From the IMG/VR virus record IMGVR_UViG_3300027782_000040: a stretch of DNA of 64,000 nt; one strand, written 5' to 3'. The notes beneath the pieces are model-generated. The model saw only the letters and a program-made list of their open reading frames with translations, was not told the origin of the DNA and did no database searches. The stretch comes from a virus. Below are positions 23,284-32,550 of this stretch, one piece after another (positions within the stretch are counted from its first letter, which is position 1; each line of letters starts with the position of its first letter). The position numbers and the translations under genes are program-made.

Positions 23284-25745
23284 TGGCTAAAGTAAGATAT
23301 AAAGTTCCAAGTGAAGCTGCTAGTGGTGTAGAAACATTTAGTGATAAATTAGTCGGCACACAGATTACTGATGGTACTAGTCAACTGACTAATACGAACT
23401 TTGATATTAATAGAGTCATTCCTGAAAAAGATAGTAAGGATTTTAAATCACAACCTTTTTCTGATTTCTTAACATTGAAAGATTTAAAGGAAGAATTAAG
23501 TGCCGCAACCACACAAAATGGTAGAGCAAAGAAAAAAGAAAAAATTAAATTTAAAGGTGGAATTAATGATGCTGGTAAATCTTTATATGGTTCATTAAAA
23601 CAAAGATTACAAGTATCAATATCAGATATTATTACAAACTTTCCTGCCGCAATATTAGTTGATAAAGATAGTCCCATTAAAAGTGTTGACGTCACATTAT
23701 CAGGAATAACATATAGTGAAAGCGCAAAGACAACTGATTTTTATATTCAGAAATCAATTTTATTTAATCCGTTTGATATTACACTTATTAAACCATTAAG
23801 TAATACTTTACCGACAACTGATAACACAATAAGAAATTTTTATTCTTCATATACAAAATATGTTTTAGTTTATAATAATCTAACATATGATATTGTTTCA
23901 TATACCGAACCTAACGCATTAAATTTAATTAAATTAAAAGTTAAAGGAAAACCATTCACAGGTTCAACAATAAACGATAGTGTTTTAATAAGACCAAATG
24001 ATGGAATTACCGAAGAATTTTTTAGTGGGTTAGATGAATTAGAAACTCTTTTATTAAATAGAGAAACTAATCCAAAATATCAAGCAAGTTTTAAAGTACC
24101 GAAAGATAGTTTAGATGAAACTAAAACTGAAATCGTTAATGTATATGTTAATTGGCCAACAACAAAAGATGGTTGGAATTTACAAATTGTTGGTATTGAT
24201 TATGCAGATTACATTAGTCAATTAAGTAGTTTAGGTGATGAGATTGATGATTACAAATCTAATTTAATTATAAGATTTTTAACCGCACCACAATTATTTG
24301 AGTTTGATACGGATGACCAAAAAGCACAATCAATATTTCAATTATACGGTCAGTCATTTGATAGAGTAAAAAAATATATAGACAATATTGCTTACATGCG
24401 TAATGTAAGTTATGATGGAATAAATAATGTTCCCGATGTGTTATTGAAAAATCTTTCACAAACACTAGGACTTACAACTACAAATCTATTTGATGAAAAA
24501 ACATTAGAGGATACATTATACACTAGACAAAATAGTGTATTTGATGGTTTATTAGTTGGTAAGACATTAATAGAGGCGGAGTATGAATTTTATAGAAGAT
24601 TATTAGTTAACCTTACTCATCTATATAAATCTAAAGGAACTAGAGTATCTATAGAATTTTTCTTAAAATTCTTAGGTGCACCTGAACCAATGATTAAAAT
24701 TGAGGAACACGTATACAATGTAACAAAATTACCAAACAATCCTAATTTAGAAACCGATTTATATGATGTAATTCAAGGAACAAAAGTTGATACTGTTATT
24801 ACAGGAACAACTGCAGTTACGGGAAGTATTTTTACATATTATAGTGGAGGAACAACAGGATTAACAAGTGGATATACGTTTGCAACTGGTTCAGTTACAA
24901 GTTCATCAACATTAAGTAGAGATGAATATCCAATTGATGAAAATGGATTACCAAGAAAAACAACAAATTTATCTTCAGACATATTTTTCCAAAAAGGTTC
25001 AGGATGGAATGATTTAACTTTAGAACATAGGTCTAGTACAATTATTGATACGGATTTATCTAGTGGATCATTTGTCAATGGAGTTTTTCAATTAACAGGT
25101 AGAACTAAAACCATTAAAACAAAATCAAAAGATTATACATACGGAGAAGAATATTTTGATAATTTTAGAACACTACCAGGATTAGACTATGGGTTTAACA
25201 TTAAAGGTTCAATAGATAATAAAAAGGCATCTGTTGTTACTGACGATGACTCATCTAAATTAATTCTTAATAGAAAAAATATTAACATATATCTATCACC
25301 GTCACAAACTATTGATTATGACGTCTATAGAAGATCAAGAAATAATAGTAAAACATTTGGTAATTTAACACCTCAAACAGGAGTAACATTTGAAGAGTTT
25401 TTAATATCCTCTTTAAGTAAAGTAATAACAAATTCAAATAGTATTAAATTTAGTAAATCATACAGTGGATTAACAAATGTTTTTTATGATTATTCCACTA
25501 ACACCGGATTCACCCCATATAACTTCACATCGGTTAATGAGTTTATAAACAAAATGAGTCCGTCATGGTTAAAAGTTGTAGAACAATTTGTTCCATCAAC
25601 TACATTATGGACAGGTGGAAACTTAATTGGAAATAACATTTTTAATAGGTCAAAATACGATTATAGAAAACCAAGATATGGTATACCTATTACAGGTAGC
25701 ACAACTTATGATAGTGTAACATTTAATTGTGAAGAAATAGAATAA
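23283..25745 (+). CDS. Baseplate protein with P2 gpI/tail-I-like motif
   Basis: VPDVLLKNLSQTLG...LYKSKGTRVSIEFFLKFLG. Confidence 0.7.
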   Translation: MAKVRYKVPSEAASGVETFSDKLVGTQITDGTSQLTNTNFDINRVIPEKDSKDFKSQPFSDFLTLKDLKEELSAATTQNGRAKKKEKIKFKGGINDAGKSLYGSLKQRLQVSISDIITNFPAAILVDKDSPIKSVDVTLSGITYSESAKTTDFYIQKSILFNPFDITLIKPLSNTLPTTDNTIRNFYSSYTKYVLVYNNLTYDIVSYTEPNALNLIKLKVKGKPFTGSTINDSVLIRPNDGITEEFFSGLDELETLLLNRETNPKYQASFKVPKDSLDETKTEIVNVYVNWPTTKDGWNLQIVGIDYADYISQLSSLGDEIDDYKSNLIIRFLTAPQLFEFDTDDQKAQSIFQLYGQSFDRVKKYIDNIAYMRNVSYDGINNVPDVLLKNLSQTLGLTTTNLFDEKTLEDTLYTRQNSVFDGLLVGKTLIEAEYEFYRRLLVNLTHLYKSKGTRVSIEFFLKFLGAPEPMIKIEEHVYNVTKLPNNPNLETDLYDVIQGTKVDTVITGTTAVTGSIFTYYSGGTTGLTSGYTFATGSVTSSSTLSRDEYPIDENGLPRKTTNLSSDIFFQKGSGWNDLTLEHRSSTIIDTDLSSGSFVNGVFQLTGRTKTIKTKSKDYTYGEEYFDNFRTLPGLDYGFNIKGSIDNKKASVVTDDDSSKLILNRKNINIYLSPSQTIDYDVYRRSRNNSKTFGNLTPQTGVTFEEFLISSLSKVITNSNSIKFSKSYSGLTNVFYDYSTNTGFTPYNFTSVNEFINKMSPSWLKVVEQFVPSTTLWTGGNLIGNNIFNRSKYDYRKPRYGIPITGSTTYDSVTFNCEEIE

Positions 25746-25766
25746 TAATATAAATATTTATAACAT

Positions 25767-27284
25767 ATGAGCTTTTTAAATACAGGATATTCAGCAACGG
25801 TCGCAGCAAGATTAACACAAAAGGGTAGAAACTCTATTGCAAAAGGTAATTTTGTGGTAAGTTACTTTGCTGTGGGGGATTCTGAATACAATTATAATAC
25901 AGGAACAACTCAAAATATATTATCACCATTTGACAAAGATAGTCATGTAAAATACCCAATTTGGTATACAAGTGGAAGTACATTTTTTGGAATACCGGTA
26001 GATAGTTCAAATACCACAATATGTAGGAATTTGGTCACAGCAAATAGTGATTGGACATTAAGTACGGTTTGGGATAAAAATCCGATTGGATTATCAAATA
26101 TATATACATCTAATGCGTATGTTGGGGTTAAAAATTTATTAGGTTATTCATCATCTTCAGGACAAACATATAATACAGGAACAACAATATATGACACTAC
26201 TGGAACTCCGGTAATCATTTCACCTGAAGAACAAAAAGCAATTGCAATATTACATTATACACAGAGCGGAACCACTGGAGACCCTTATAGGTTCTTTAAA
26301 TATGATGATTACATCTGTATTGATAATACATCGGGTCAAACATCGTTTAATGTGACATTGACCTCAATTATGTATCACAGATTAACGGGAGCAACATCGG
26401 GAGCAACATTTACTATGGGAACCGTTGATAAAAAAATGGTATCTAATTACAACTCAAGATATGAATTACCATATAGAGATTTAGTAGATTATGCTGGTAA
26501 TACGGTTGGTAAAATATTTCACAATCAAAAACTTGTAGTATTTGATGATGAGGAAATTGTTGCAGCATTAGACACAGGATCAACGAGAAATTATACATTA
26601 ACAGCACCAAAAGTGGATACTTTAGTAACAACTAATTACCCAATTACTGGATTAACAACAACAGGTAAAACTATGTGGGTTACGTATAAATTTAGTGGAG
26701 GTACAGTATCTGATGATTTACCTTGTAATTATTTTATGAAAGTTACAGGGTCAACAAATGATGAAAATGTTACTGTTAAATTTAGTAGTGGTGGATTTAA
26801 ACATTTAAATAATGGTTATACTGCAACTCAATTTCATATATTACATCAATTAACAGATAACGGAGTTCAACCAACACCAAATAATTGGAAAATTAGGGAT
26901 TACACAAGTGACTTAAGCGCAATCAATGATTTAAAAACCGGATTTACATTTACAATCAACCAAACCAAAATCACCGAAGCCATTGCAGTAGGAAATTATT
27001 CATCTTCATTATCAGGTTTTGGTGTAGATAGAGCGTTGTCTGGTGGAACTATTACAGGCACGGTTGCATTGGTAAGGTCAAGTGATATTGAAGAAATGGT
27101 CTTTAATTTAAATCTACCCGATGGTAAATTCACAACATCCCAAAACCCAACATTTACAGGTACATCTAAAATAACAGAAGTGGCTTTACTTAATTCTAAT
27201 AAAGAAACATTAGCAATGGGTAAATTATCGTCACCAGTAACAAGAAGTGGTAGTCAGGTAATCCAAGTTAAAATTGATTTCTAA
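25767..27284 (+). CDS. Tail-collar/fibre attachment protein (DUF3751-like termini)
   Basis: ARLTQKGR...YFAVGDSE at the N-terminus. ITEVALLN...MGKLSSPV...VKIDF at the C-terminus. Confidence 0.65.
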   Translation: MSFLNTGYSATVAARLTQKGRNSIAKGNFVVSYFAVGDSEYNYNTGTTQNILSPFDKDSHVKYPIWYTSGSTFFGIPVDSSNTTICRNLVTANSDWTLSTVWDKNPIGLSNIYTSNAYVGVKNLLGYSSSSGQTYNTGTTIYDTTGTPVIISPEEQKAIAILHYTQSGTTGDPYRFFKYDDYICIDNTSGQTSFNVTLTSIMYHRLTGATSGATFTMGTVDKKMVSNYNSRYELPYRDLVDYAGNTVGKIFHNQKLVVFDDEEIVAALDTGSTRNYTLTAPKVDTLVTTNYPITGLTTTGKTMWVTYKFSGGTVSDDLPCNYFMKVTGSTNDENVTVKFSSGGFKHLNNGYTATQFHILHQLTDNGVQPTPNNWKIRDYTSDLSAINDLKTGFTFTINQTKITEAIAVGNYSSSLSGFGVDRALSGGTITGTVALVRSSDIEEMVFNLNLPDGKFTTSQNPTFTGTSKITEVALLNSNKETLAMGKLSSPVTRSGSQVIQVKIDF

Positions 27285-27322
27285 CGATTTACATTTATTT
27301 TAAATTACATTATATTAGAATT

Positions 27323-27934
27323 ATGAGTATAGATGTAAAATTTAAGAATAAGCCAAAGATACTGGGACTTGATATTAGTACAAAAACCATAGGGTTTGCT
27401 TTGTTTGATATTTCAGGTTCTAAATTATTGGAACTAACACATTTTTCCCCAAAAATTAAACCACAACCTGAAGATAAGTTGGAAGAACTTATGATGAAGG
27501 CCAATACATTTCAAAGACATTTGGAAGGATATAAAGATATGGGTATTACTCGTGTCATCATTGAGGAACCTTTATTAAACTCAAATAACGTTTATACAGT
27601 AGGTACATTATTGAGATATAATACAATGATATGTAAATTGATTTATGATATTTTTGAAATTGTTCCAACATTCATCTCAACATATAACGCAAGAAAATAT
27701 GCGTTTCCTGATTTAGTAGGTCCAAATGAAAAGGGACGTAATGTATTATTTGGTGGATATCCAAAAGATATCGATAAGAAACAAGTTATTTGGGATCATG
27801 TTAATGATGTATGTCCTGATGTTCAATGGTTGTACGATAAGAATGGTAAATTGAAAAAAGAAAATTTTGATATGAGCGACGCTGCGACCGCAGTTATTGG
27901 TCATTTCAATATGATAAAACAATTGGATAAATAA
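27323..27934 (+). CDS. RuvC-like Holliday junction resolvase
   Basis: ILGLDISTKTIG, VIIEEP and FDMSDA acidic catalytic motifs. Confidence 0.8.
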   Translation: MSIDVKFKNKPKILGLDISTKTIGFALFDISGSKLLELTHFSPKIKPQPEDKLEELMMKANTFQRHLEGYKDMGITRVIIEEPLLNSNNVYTVGTLLRYNTMICKLIYDIFEIVPTFISTYNARKYAFPDLVGPNEKGRNVLFGGYPKDIDKKQVIWDHVNDVCPDVQWLYDKNGKLKKENFDMSDAATAVIGHFNMIKQLDK

Positions 27935-27987
27935 TATTTGGCAACTGATATTTTATATTACGATTTATCAATGATATATTTAATAAT

Positions 27988-28063
27988 AGGACGGGACAAG
28001 GGTTAAAAGCCTTGTTTGGTTGGTAGGAGGTTAGCGGTGGTGTGCTGGCCTCCATTTTTTTTT
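27988..28063 (+). ncRNA. Candidate small structured RNA ending in an intrinsic terminator
   Basis: GC-rich intergenic island with two hairpins (ACAAGG/CCTTGT and GGAGGTTAGC/GCTGGCCTCC) plus T9. TATTTA lies upstream at 27977. Confidence 0.35.
28026..28063 (+). terminator. Rho-independent terminator
   Basis: 10-bp stem (2 G-U pairs) followed by A and T9. Confidence 0.75.
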
Positions 28064-28091
28064 ATAAGATTTTTTTGTTATAATATACAAC

Positions 28092-29033
28092 ATGAACACC
28101 CAAGAAGTAGATTATTCCGCAGTATTTGAAATTTTGGAAGATATATTTGGTGACTATAAGAATCATAATGATTATAGATATCAAGTCTCTTTTGACTGTC
28201 CTGTGTGTTCTCACGAAATCAAAGGGTTAGAAAAAGGTGATGGTAAAGGAAACTTGGAAATCAATTACAAATATGGTGTTTATAAGTGTTGGGTATGTGC
28301 CGAATCTCACGAAACACACGGTTCAATATATAAGTTAATTAAGAAGTTTGGTAACCCTAAACAACTTAAAAAATATATTTTATTAAAACCAGAAGAAGAT
28401 GAGGATGGTAATAAAAAAGAATACAAACCAGTTAAATTACCAAAAGAATTTATTCCATTTAAAGATGCAAGTTTTGGAATGAAATTAACACCAGGATATA
28501 AGCAGGCATACAATTACATTAAAAGTAGGAATATTACCGATTTGATGTTGCAACTTTATAATATTGGATTTTGTGCAACAGGTGTATATGAAAATAGAAT
28601 TATCATTCCTTCATATGATGAAAATAGAAGGTTGAATTACTTTATTGCTCGTTCTTTTTTAAACAAAACGAGAAGAAAGTATATGAACCCCGTAGTACAA
28701 AAGGAAATCATTATTTTCAATGAAAGTTTAATTAATTGGGACGAACCTGTTTATATAGTTGAAGGTGCGTTCGATAGTATTTTCATTCCAAACGCAATCC
28801 CAATGTTGGGAAAGTTTATGGGTGAACATTTATTTAAAAAACTATATGATAATGCAAAAAAAATAATTATAGTACTTGACCCCGATGCGTGGAACGACCA
28901 AGAGAGATTGTATCATAGATTGAATTGTGGGAAACTAATGGGAAAAGTGTGGAGTATTAAATTAGAAGGGGATAAAGACATTGCCGATTTACAAGGAAAC
29001 TTAAGTGAATATAAAATGAAACAAATAGAGTAA
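28092..29033 (+). CDS. DNA primase (Zn finger + TOPRIM)
   Basis: CPVC...YKCWVC zinc finger, RIIIP, IVEGAFD and LDPDA TOPRIM motifs. Confidence 0.9.
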   Translation: MNTQEVDYSAVFEILEDIFGDYKNHNDYRYQVSFDCPVCSHEIKGLEKGDGKGNLEINYKYGVYKCWVCAESHETHGSIYKLIKKFGNPKQLKKYILLKPEEDEDGNKKEYKPVKLPKEFIPFKDASFGMKLTPGYKQAYNYIKSRNITDLMLQLYNIGFCATGVYENRIIIPSYDENRRLNYFIARSFLNKTRRKYMNPVVQKEIIIFNESLINWDEPVYIVEGAFDSIFIPNAIPMLGKFMGEHLFKKLYDNAKKIIIVLDPDAWNDQERLYHRLNCGKLMGKVWSIKLEGDKDIADLQGNLSEYKMKQIE

Positions 29034-29034
29034 C

Positions 29035-29904
29035 ATGAATTTAAAAGACATCTCATTAGAGATAAACGATTTATTAGAAAAGAGAAGACAAGAATTAGAA
29101 TTAACATTCATAGAAGAAGAACACATTTACTATATGAAAGATGTTGATGGTGAAATTAAAAAGAACTTTCCATCCGTATCTAAAGTAGTTAAGAAATTTC
29201 ACAAACCATTTGATGCTGATGGTATGGCACTTAAAATGGCAAAAGGAGACCCTGAAGGACAATCACAATTACTTGCCGAATGGAAAGAGGCTGGCGACTT
29301 ATCAACCAATATGGGAAGTAGAGTTCACTTTGAATTGGAGAAAGATTTAATTGGTCGTTTTGGTAATTACAAAGAAGTTAGACAACCGATATTTGAGATT
29401 AATGAAGAACAACAACGCAAAAGTGATGCAATGATTAAAGCGGGAAAAGATTTTCTTGATTTAATGTTAGAACGAGGAGGGGTATTATTAGATACAGAAA
29501 TTGTATTAGGTGATCCCAAAGAGCAGTATACGGGGCAACCTGATAAGTGTTGGTTAATGCAAAATAAAACAAAAGACGATTTTGGATTTGTAATAACTGA
29601 TTGGAAGAGTAATAAGCCAAAGAACTTTGAGGTACATCACTATACTGGTAGATTGTATCCACCATTTAATAATTTTCATGATAATGCCTTAGGCCATTAT
29701 TATTTACAATTACCATTATATGGTAGATTGTTACGTAAGATGCTAGAAGGGACAAAATATTCCGATACTAAATTATTAGGTGGAGTTATAGTTCTTTTAA
29801 AAGAAGACGGAACATTTACCGAATATAAAGTTCCACCACAAATAACAAATGCAATCCTTACAATGGATTTATCAAAATATATTTCAAGATGGTCAAAAAA
29901 ATAA
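29035..29904 (+). CDS. PD-(D/E)XK exonuclease
   Basis: PSVS, GSRVH, GQPD...ITDWKS, YYLQLPLY motifs. Confidence 0.8.
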   Translation: MNLKDISLEINDLLEKRRQELELTFIEEEHIYYMKDVDGEIKKNFPSVSKVVKKFHKPFDADGMALKMAKGDPEGQSQLLAEWKEAGDLSTNMGSRVHFELEKDLIGRFGNYKEVRQPIFEINEEQQRKSDAMIKAGKDFLDLMLERGGVLLDTEIVLGDPKEQYTGQPDKCWLMQNKTKDDFGFVITDWKSNKPKNFEVHHYTGRLYPPFNNFHDNALGHYYLQLPLYGRLLRKMLEGTKYSDTKLLGGVIVLLKEDGTFTEYKVPPQITNAILTMDLSKYISRWSKK

Positions 29905-30569
29905 TACACATTGCCGACTTACATATTCGTACAATTCAAATGCATGATTTGTATAGAGAACAATTTGAAACATTAATTGATGAGATACGAGAACATAATA
30001 TTGTGTGGCATCAAGAAGGTATTGAATATGAAGAAATTCGTATCGTTGTTGCAGGGGACCTGGCGCATCAGAAAATAAATATTTCTAATGAACAGTTATT
30101 ATTAACAAGTTGGTTTTTAAAAGAATTATCGAAATATGGTAAAGTTGTTATCATTCCCGGCAATCACGATTTCTTAGAAAATAATACACAAAGAATGGAT
30201 AGTATAACACCTGTGGTTCAATTATTAGACGACCCAACTATTCAATATTACAAAGATAGTGGTGAATATATGGATGATAATATTCAATGGATTGTTTATT
30301 CATTATATCAACATAACGCACGACCTGAGTTTACTAAAGACGAATCTAAATTAACGATAGGATTATTCCACGGACCTATTCAAGGATTTTCAACTGATTT
30401 AGGTTTTACATTTGACGACGCATATGATAAAAGTAATTTTTATGGTTGTGATATTGTCCTATGTGGAGATATACATAAAAGAGCAATTGTAAATTTGGAG
30501 ACGGAAATTGAAGTTGATGAAAAAGATGTTGAAAATTATTTAAAAAATGGTTGGGAAAAAGTGATTTAG
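29889..30569 (+). CDS. SbcD/Mre11-like metallophosphoesterase, N-terminal fragment
   Basis: ADLH, GD, GNHD, FHG and GDIHKR motifs. Ends in an acidic tail. Confidence 0.85.
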   Translation: MVKKIIHIADLHIRTIQMHDLYREQFETLIDEIREHNIVWHQEGIEYEEIRIVVAGDLAHQKINISNEQLLLTSWFLKELSKYGKVVIIPGNHDFLENNTQRMDSITPVVQLLDDPTIQYYKDSGEYMDDNIQWIVYSLYQHNARPEFTKDESKLTIGLFHGPIQGFSTDLGFTFDDAYDKSNFYGCDIVLCGDIHKRAIVNLETEIEVDEKDVENYLKNGWEKVI

Positions 30570-30573
30570 TCTT

Positions 30574-30603
30574 TTTTGGTGATATTTATATATATCACTA
30601 AAA
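30574..30603 (+). promoter_or_regulatory. Inverted repeat containing a TATTTAT late-promoter motif upstream of the homing endonuclease
   Basis: TTTTGGTGATAT-ttatat-ATATCACTAAAA, with TATTTAT at 30583-30589. Confidence 0.6.
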
Positions 30604-30613
30604 TATTATAAAT

Positions 30614-31468
30614 ATGGAAAAAAATTGTGAAAGATGTGGAAATAAATTTAATGGAAAAAAAAATCAAAAATTTTGTTCTAAAAAATGTATTCACGTAAAA
30701 ATTGAACAAATAGTAAAGGTGTGTGAATTAGATGAATGTGATAATACATTTTTAATTTATCCAAATGCTAAAATACCAAAAAGATTATGTTCAAGAAAAT
30801 GTCAAGTTAAATGGCAAAAAATAAATATGGTGGGTGAAAGTAATCCAAATTATGGAAATAGGAAACCTGGTATGTTTAAACATACCGAAGAAACTAAAAA
30901 AATATTAAAAGAAAAAATTAAAGAAAGTTGGAAAAAAGAAAGTAGAATAAAAAAACATTTAGATTTTTTTGAAAGACATAGACTTGAAGATGGATCAATG
31001 GATTGGCATACAAATGAATTTAGGGAAAAAATTAGTAAATCAAATATAAAAAGGTTAGAAAATAATGAAACATCTTTTGCGTATAAAAATTGCACAAAAG
31101 GTTTTTTATTAAATACAAAAACAAATAATGAGGAGTTCTATCATTCGTCTTGGGAAATGAATAAGATGATAGAATTAAATGAAAATAAAGATGTATTTTT
31201 TTGGACGAAAAAACATGGAATACAAATAAAATATAATCATAAAAATTTAAATAAAATTTATTTACCCGATTTTTATGTTGAATATATTAACGGAGTTAAA
31301 AAAATAGAAGAAATAAAAGGATATGTCGAAGATGAAGAGCAATTAAAGTTAAAAATAATTGCAGTTAAAGAATATTGTAAAATCAATAATATACAATTTG
31401 TTATTGATTATGTTGAAAATAAAGAAAAATATAAACATTTAATAGAATGGGAAAAAAAATTAAATTAG
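30614..31468 (+). mobile_element. Free-standing homing endonuclease-like gene (Zn ribbons, NUMOD3-like, TnsA-N-like PD-(D/E)XK domain) inserted in sbcD
   Basis: CERC/FCSKKC/LCSRKC, NPNYG...HTEETKK, YHSSWE...YLPDFYV...IEEIKG. Very low GC. Confidence 0.8.
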
Positions 31469-31677
31469 TAAAAAAAATACCAATAATACAAATTGGTAGC
31501 CTCATTCAACAAAACTTTGGTGAGACAGTTAAACATCATGGGTATGGTATTTATGATGTGGAAACAAATGAATATACATTTCATGATTTGGATAACGAAC
31601 AGCCGTTTCTTCATTTCTCAATAAACGATATAAAAGACATTGAAGATGGAAAAGAAACACACGTTAATCTTGGATAA
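31447..31677 (+). CDS. SbcD/Mre11-like nuclease, C-terminal fragment
   Basis: GSLIQQNFGE...HGYGIYD is the motif that normally follows GDIHKR in this family. It has its own ATG inside the endonuclease 3' end. Confidence 0.85.
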   Translation: MGKKIKLVKKIPIIQIGSLIQQNFGETVKHHGYGIYDVETNEYTFHDLDNEQPFLHFSINDIKDIEDGKETHVNLG

Positions 31678-32185
31678 GGAGTTCACTCAATTTTGTGAAT
31701 TAAATAATATAACAGATATTGATAAACAAGCTCAAGAAACCTTTAATAGAGGATTTTCTTTATTAAAATACGGTGAGATACCAAATGGTAATAAAATTAG
31801 AGAAATCGTTGAAGTACCCAAAGAGACAATCAAAGAAGTTATTGTTGAAAAGATAGTTGAACGTATTGTTGAGGTTCCCGTTGAAGTCATTAGGGAAGTA
31901 ATTAAAGAAATAACAATAGAGGTACCTGTGGAGGTCATTAAAGAGGTCATCGTTGAAAAGAAAGGTAAGAGTAAAACCGTAACTAAAGAGGTGATTAAAG
32001 AGGTTCCGGTTGAGAAAATTGTGGAAGTTGTTAGGGAGGTGCTTAACAATGATGAGATAGATAGATTAATGAAAGAGAATGAAAAACTTAAGACAGATTT
32101 AGATAACATTACAAATTCACTATCCAAGTTAGGGAAGGGTAGATTAATGAAGAATAGTAATATGAATTCATTATACGACGAATAA
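31646..32185 (+). CDS. Hypothetical protein with V/I/E/K repeats (EVPVEVIKEV) and C-terminal coiled coil
   Basis: Repetitive central region. ATG at 31646. Confidence 0.75.
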   Translation: MEKKHTLILDKEFTQFCELNNITDIDKQAQETFNRGFSLLKYGEIPNGNKIREIVEVPKETIKEVIVEKIVERIVEVPVEVIREVIKEITIEVPVEVIKEVIVEKKGKSKTVTKEVIKEVPVEKIVEVVREVLNNDEIDRLMKENEKLKTDLDNITNSLSKLGKGRLMKNSNMNSLYDE

Positions 32186-32244
32186 TTTTCGGCAACTTAC
32201 TTTTTTTTACGGAATCTTTTCTCTATATTTTAAATAATAAATTA

Positions 32245-32550
32245 ATGATTATGATGAATTTTATTATGTGGTTGTTCATTTCCTATGGGATATCAAACAT
32301 TATGGTTTTTGGTAGTATATTCAACACACCAAGAGAATGGATTACAAGAAAATCAGAATGGTTTGGAAAACTGGTGAATTGTATGATGTGCCTACCCTTT
32401 TATGTAGGCATTGGTATGTCCCTTGTTTTTGGGGGATTAACAAATAAATATTTTCCATGTCCTTGGTATATGTGTTTATTCTTTGATGCTGTTTTAACCA
32501 GTGGTTTAGTCTATTCATTTAATGTCTTGGTTGAGAAATTAGAAAAATAG
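32245..32550 (+). CDS. Small membrane protein (DUF1360-like CxxC)
   Basis: Three hydrophobic segments. LVNCMMCLPFYVG motif. Confidence 0.6.
   Translation: MIMMNFIMWLFISYGISNIMVFGSIFNTPREWITRKSEWFGKLVNCMMCLPFYVGIGMSLVFGGLTNKYFPCPWYMCLFFDAVLTSGLVYSFNVLVEKLEK

Noticed and set aside
27988-28063. tRNA gene
   Set aside because: No cloverleaf, T-loop GTTC or acceptor stem.
29035-29904. Cas4/CRISPR-associated nuclease
   Set aside because: No Fe-S cysteine cluster and no array. It fits an ordinary phage PD-(D/E)XK exonuclease.
30570-31446. Group I intron or split intein in sbcD
   Set aside because: Only 44 nt of non-coding flank, no recognisable ribozyme core, and no intein terminal motifs. Splicing is not formally excluded without RT-PCR.
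30614-31468. Tn7-like transposon (TnsA-like domain)
   Set aside because: No TnsB/TnsC or terminal repeats. The Zn-ribbon/NUMOD3 architecture fits a homing endonuclease.
30567-31470. TAG recoding or read-through joining the sbcD halves; alternative genetic code
   Set aside because: Read-through of TAG 30567 meets TAA at 30609, and TAG 31466 is followed by TAA. Genes across the window are intact in code 11.
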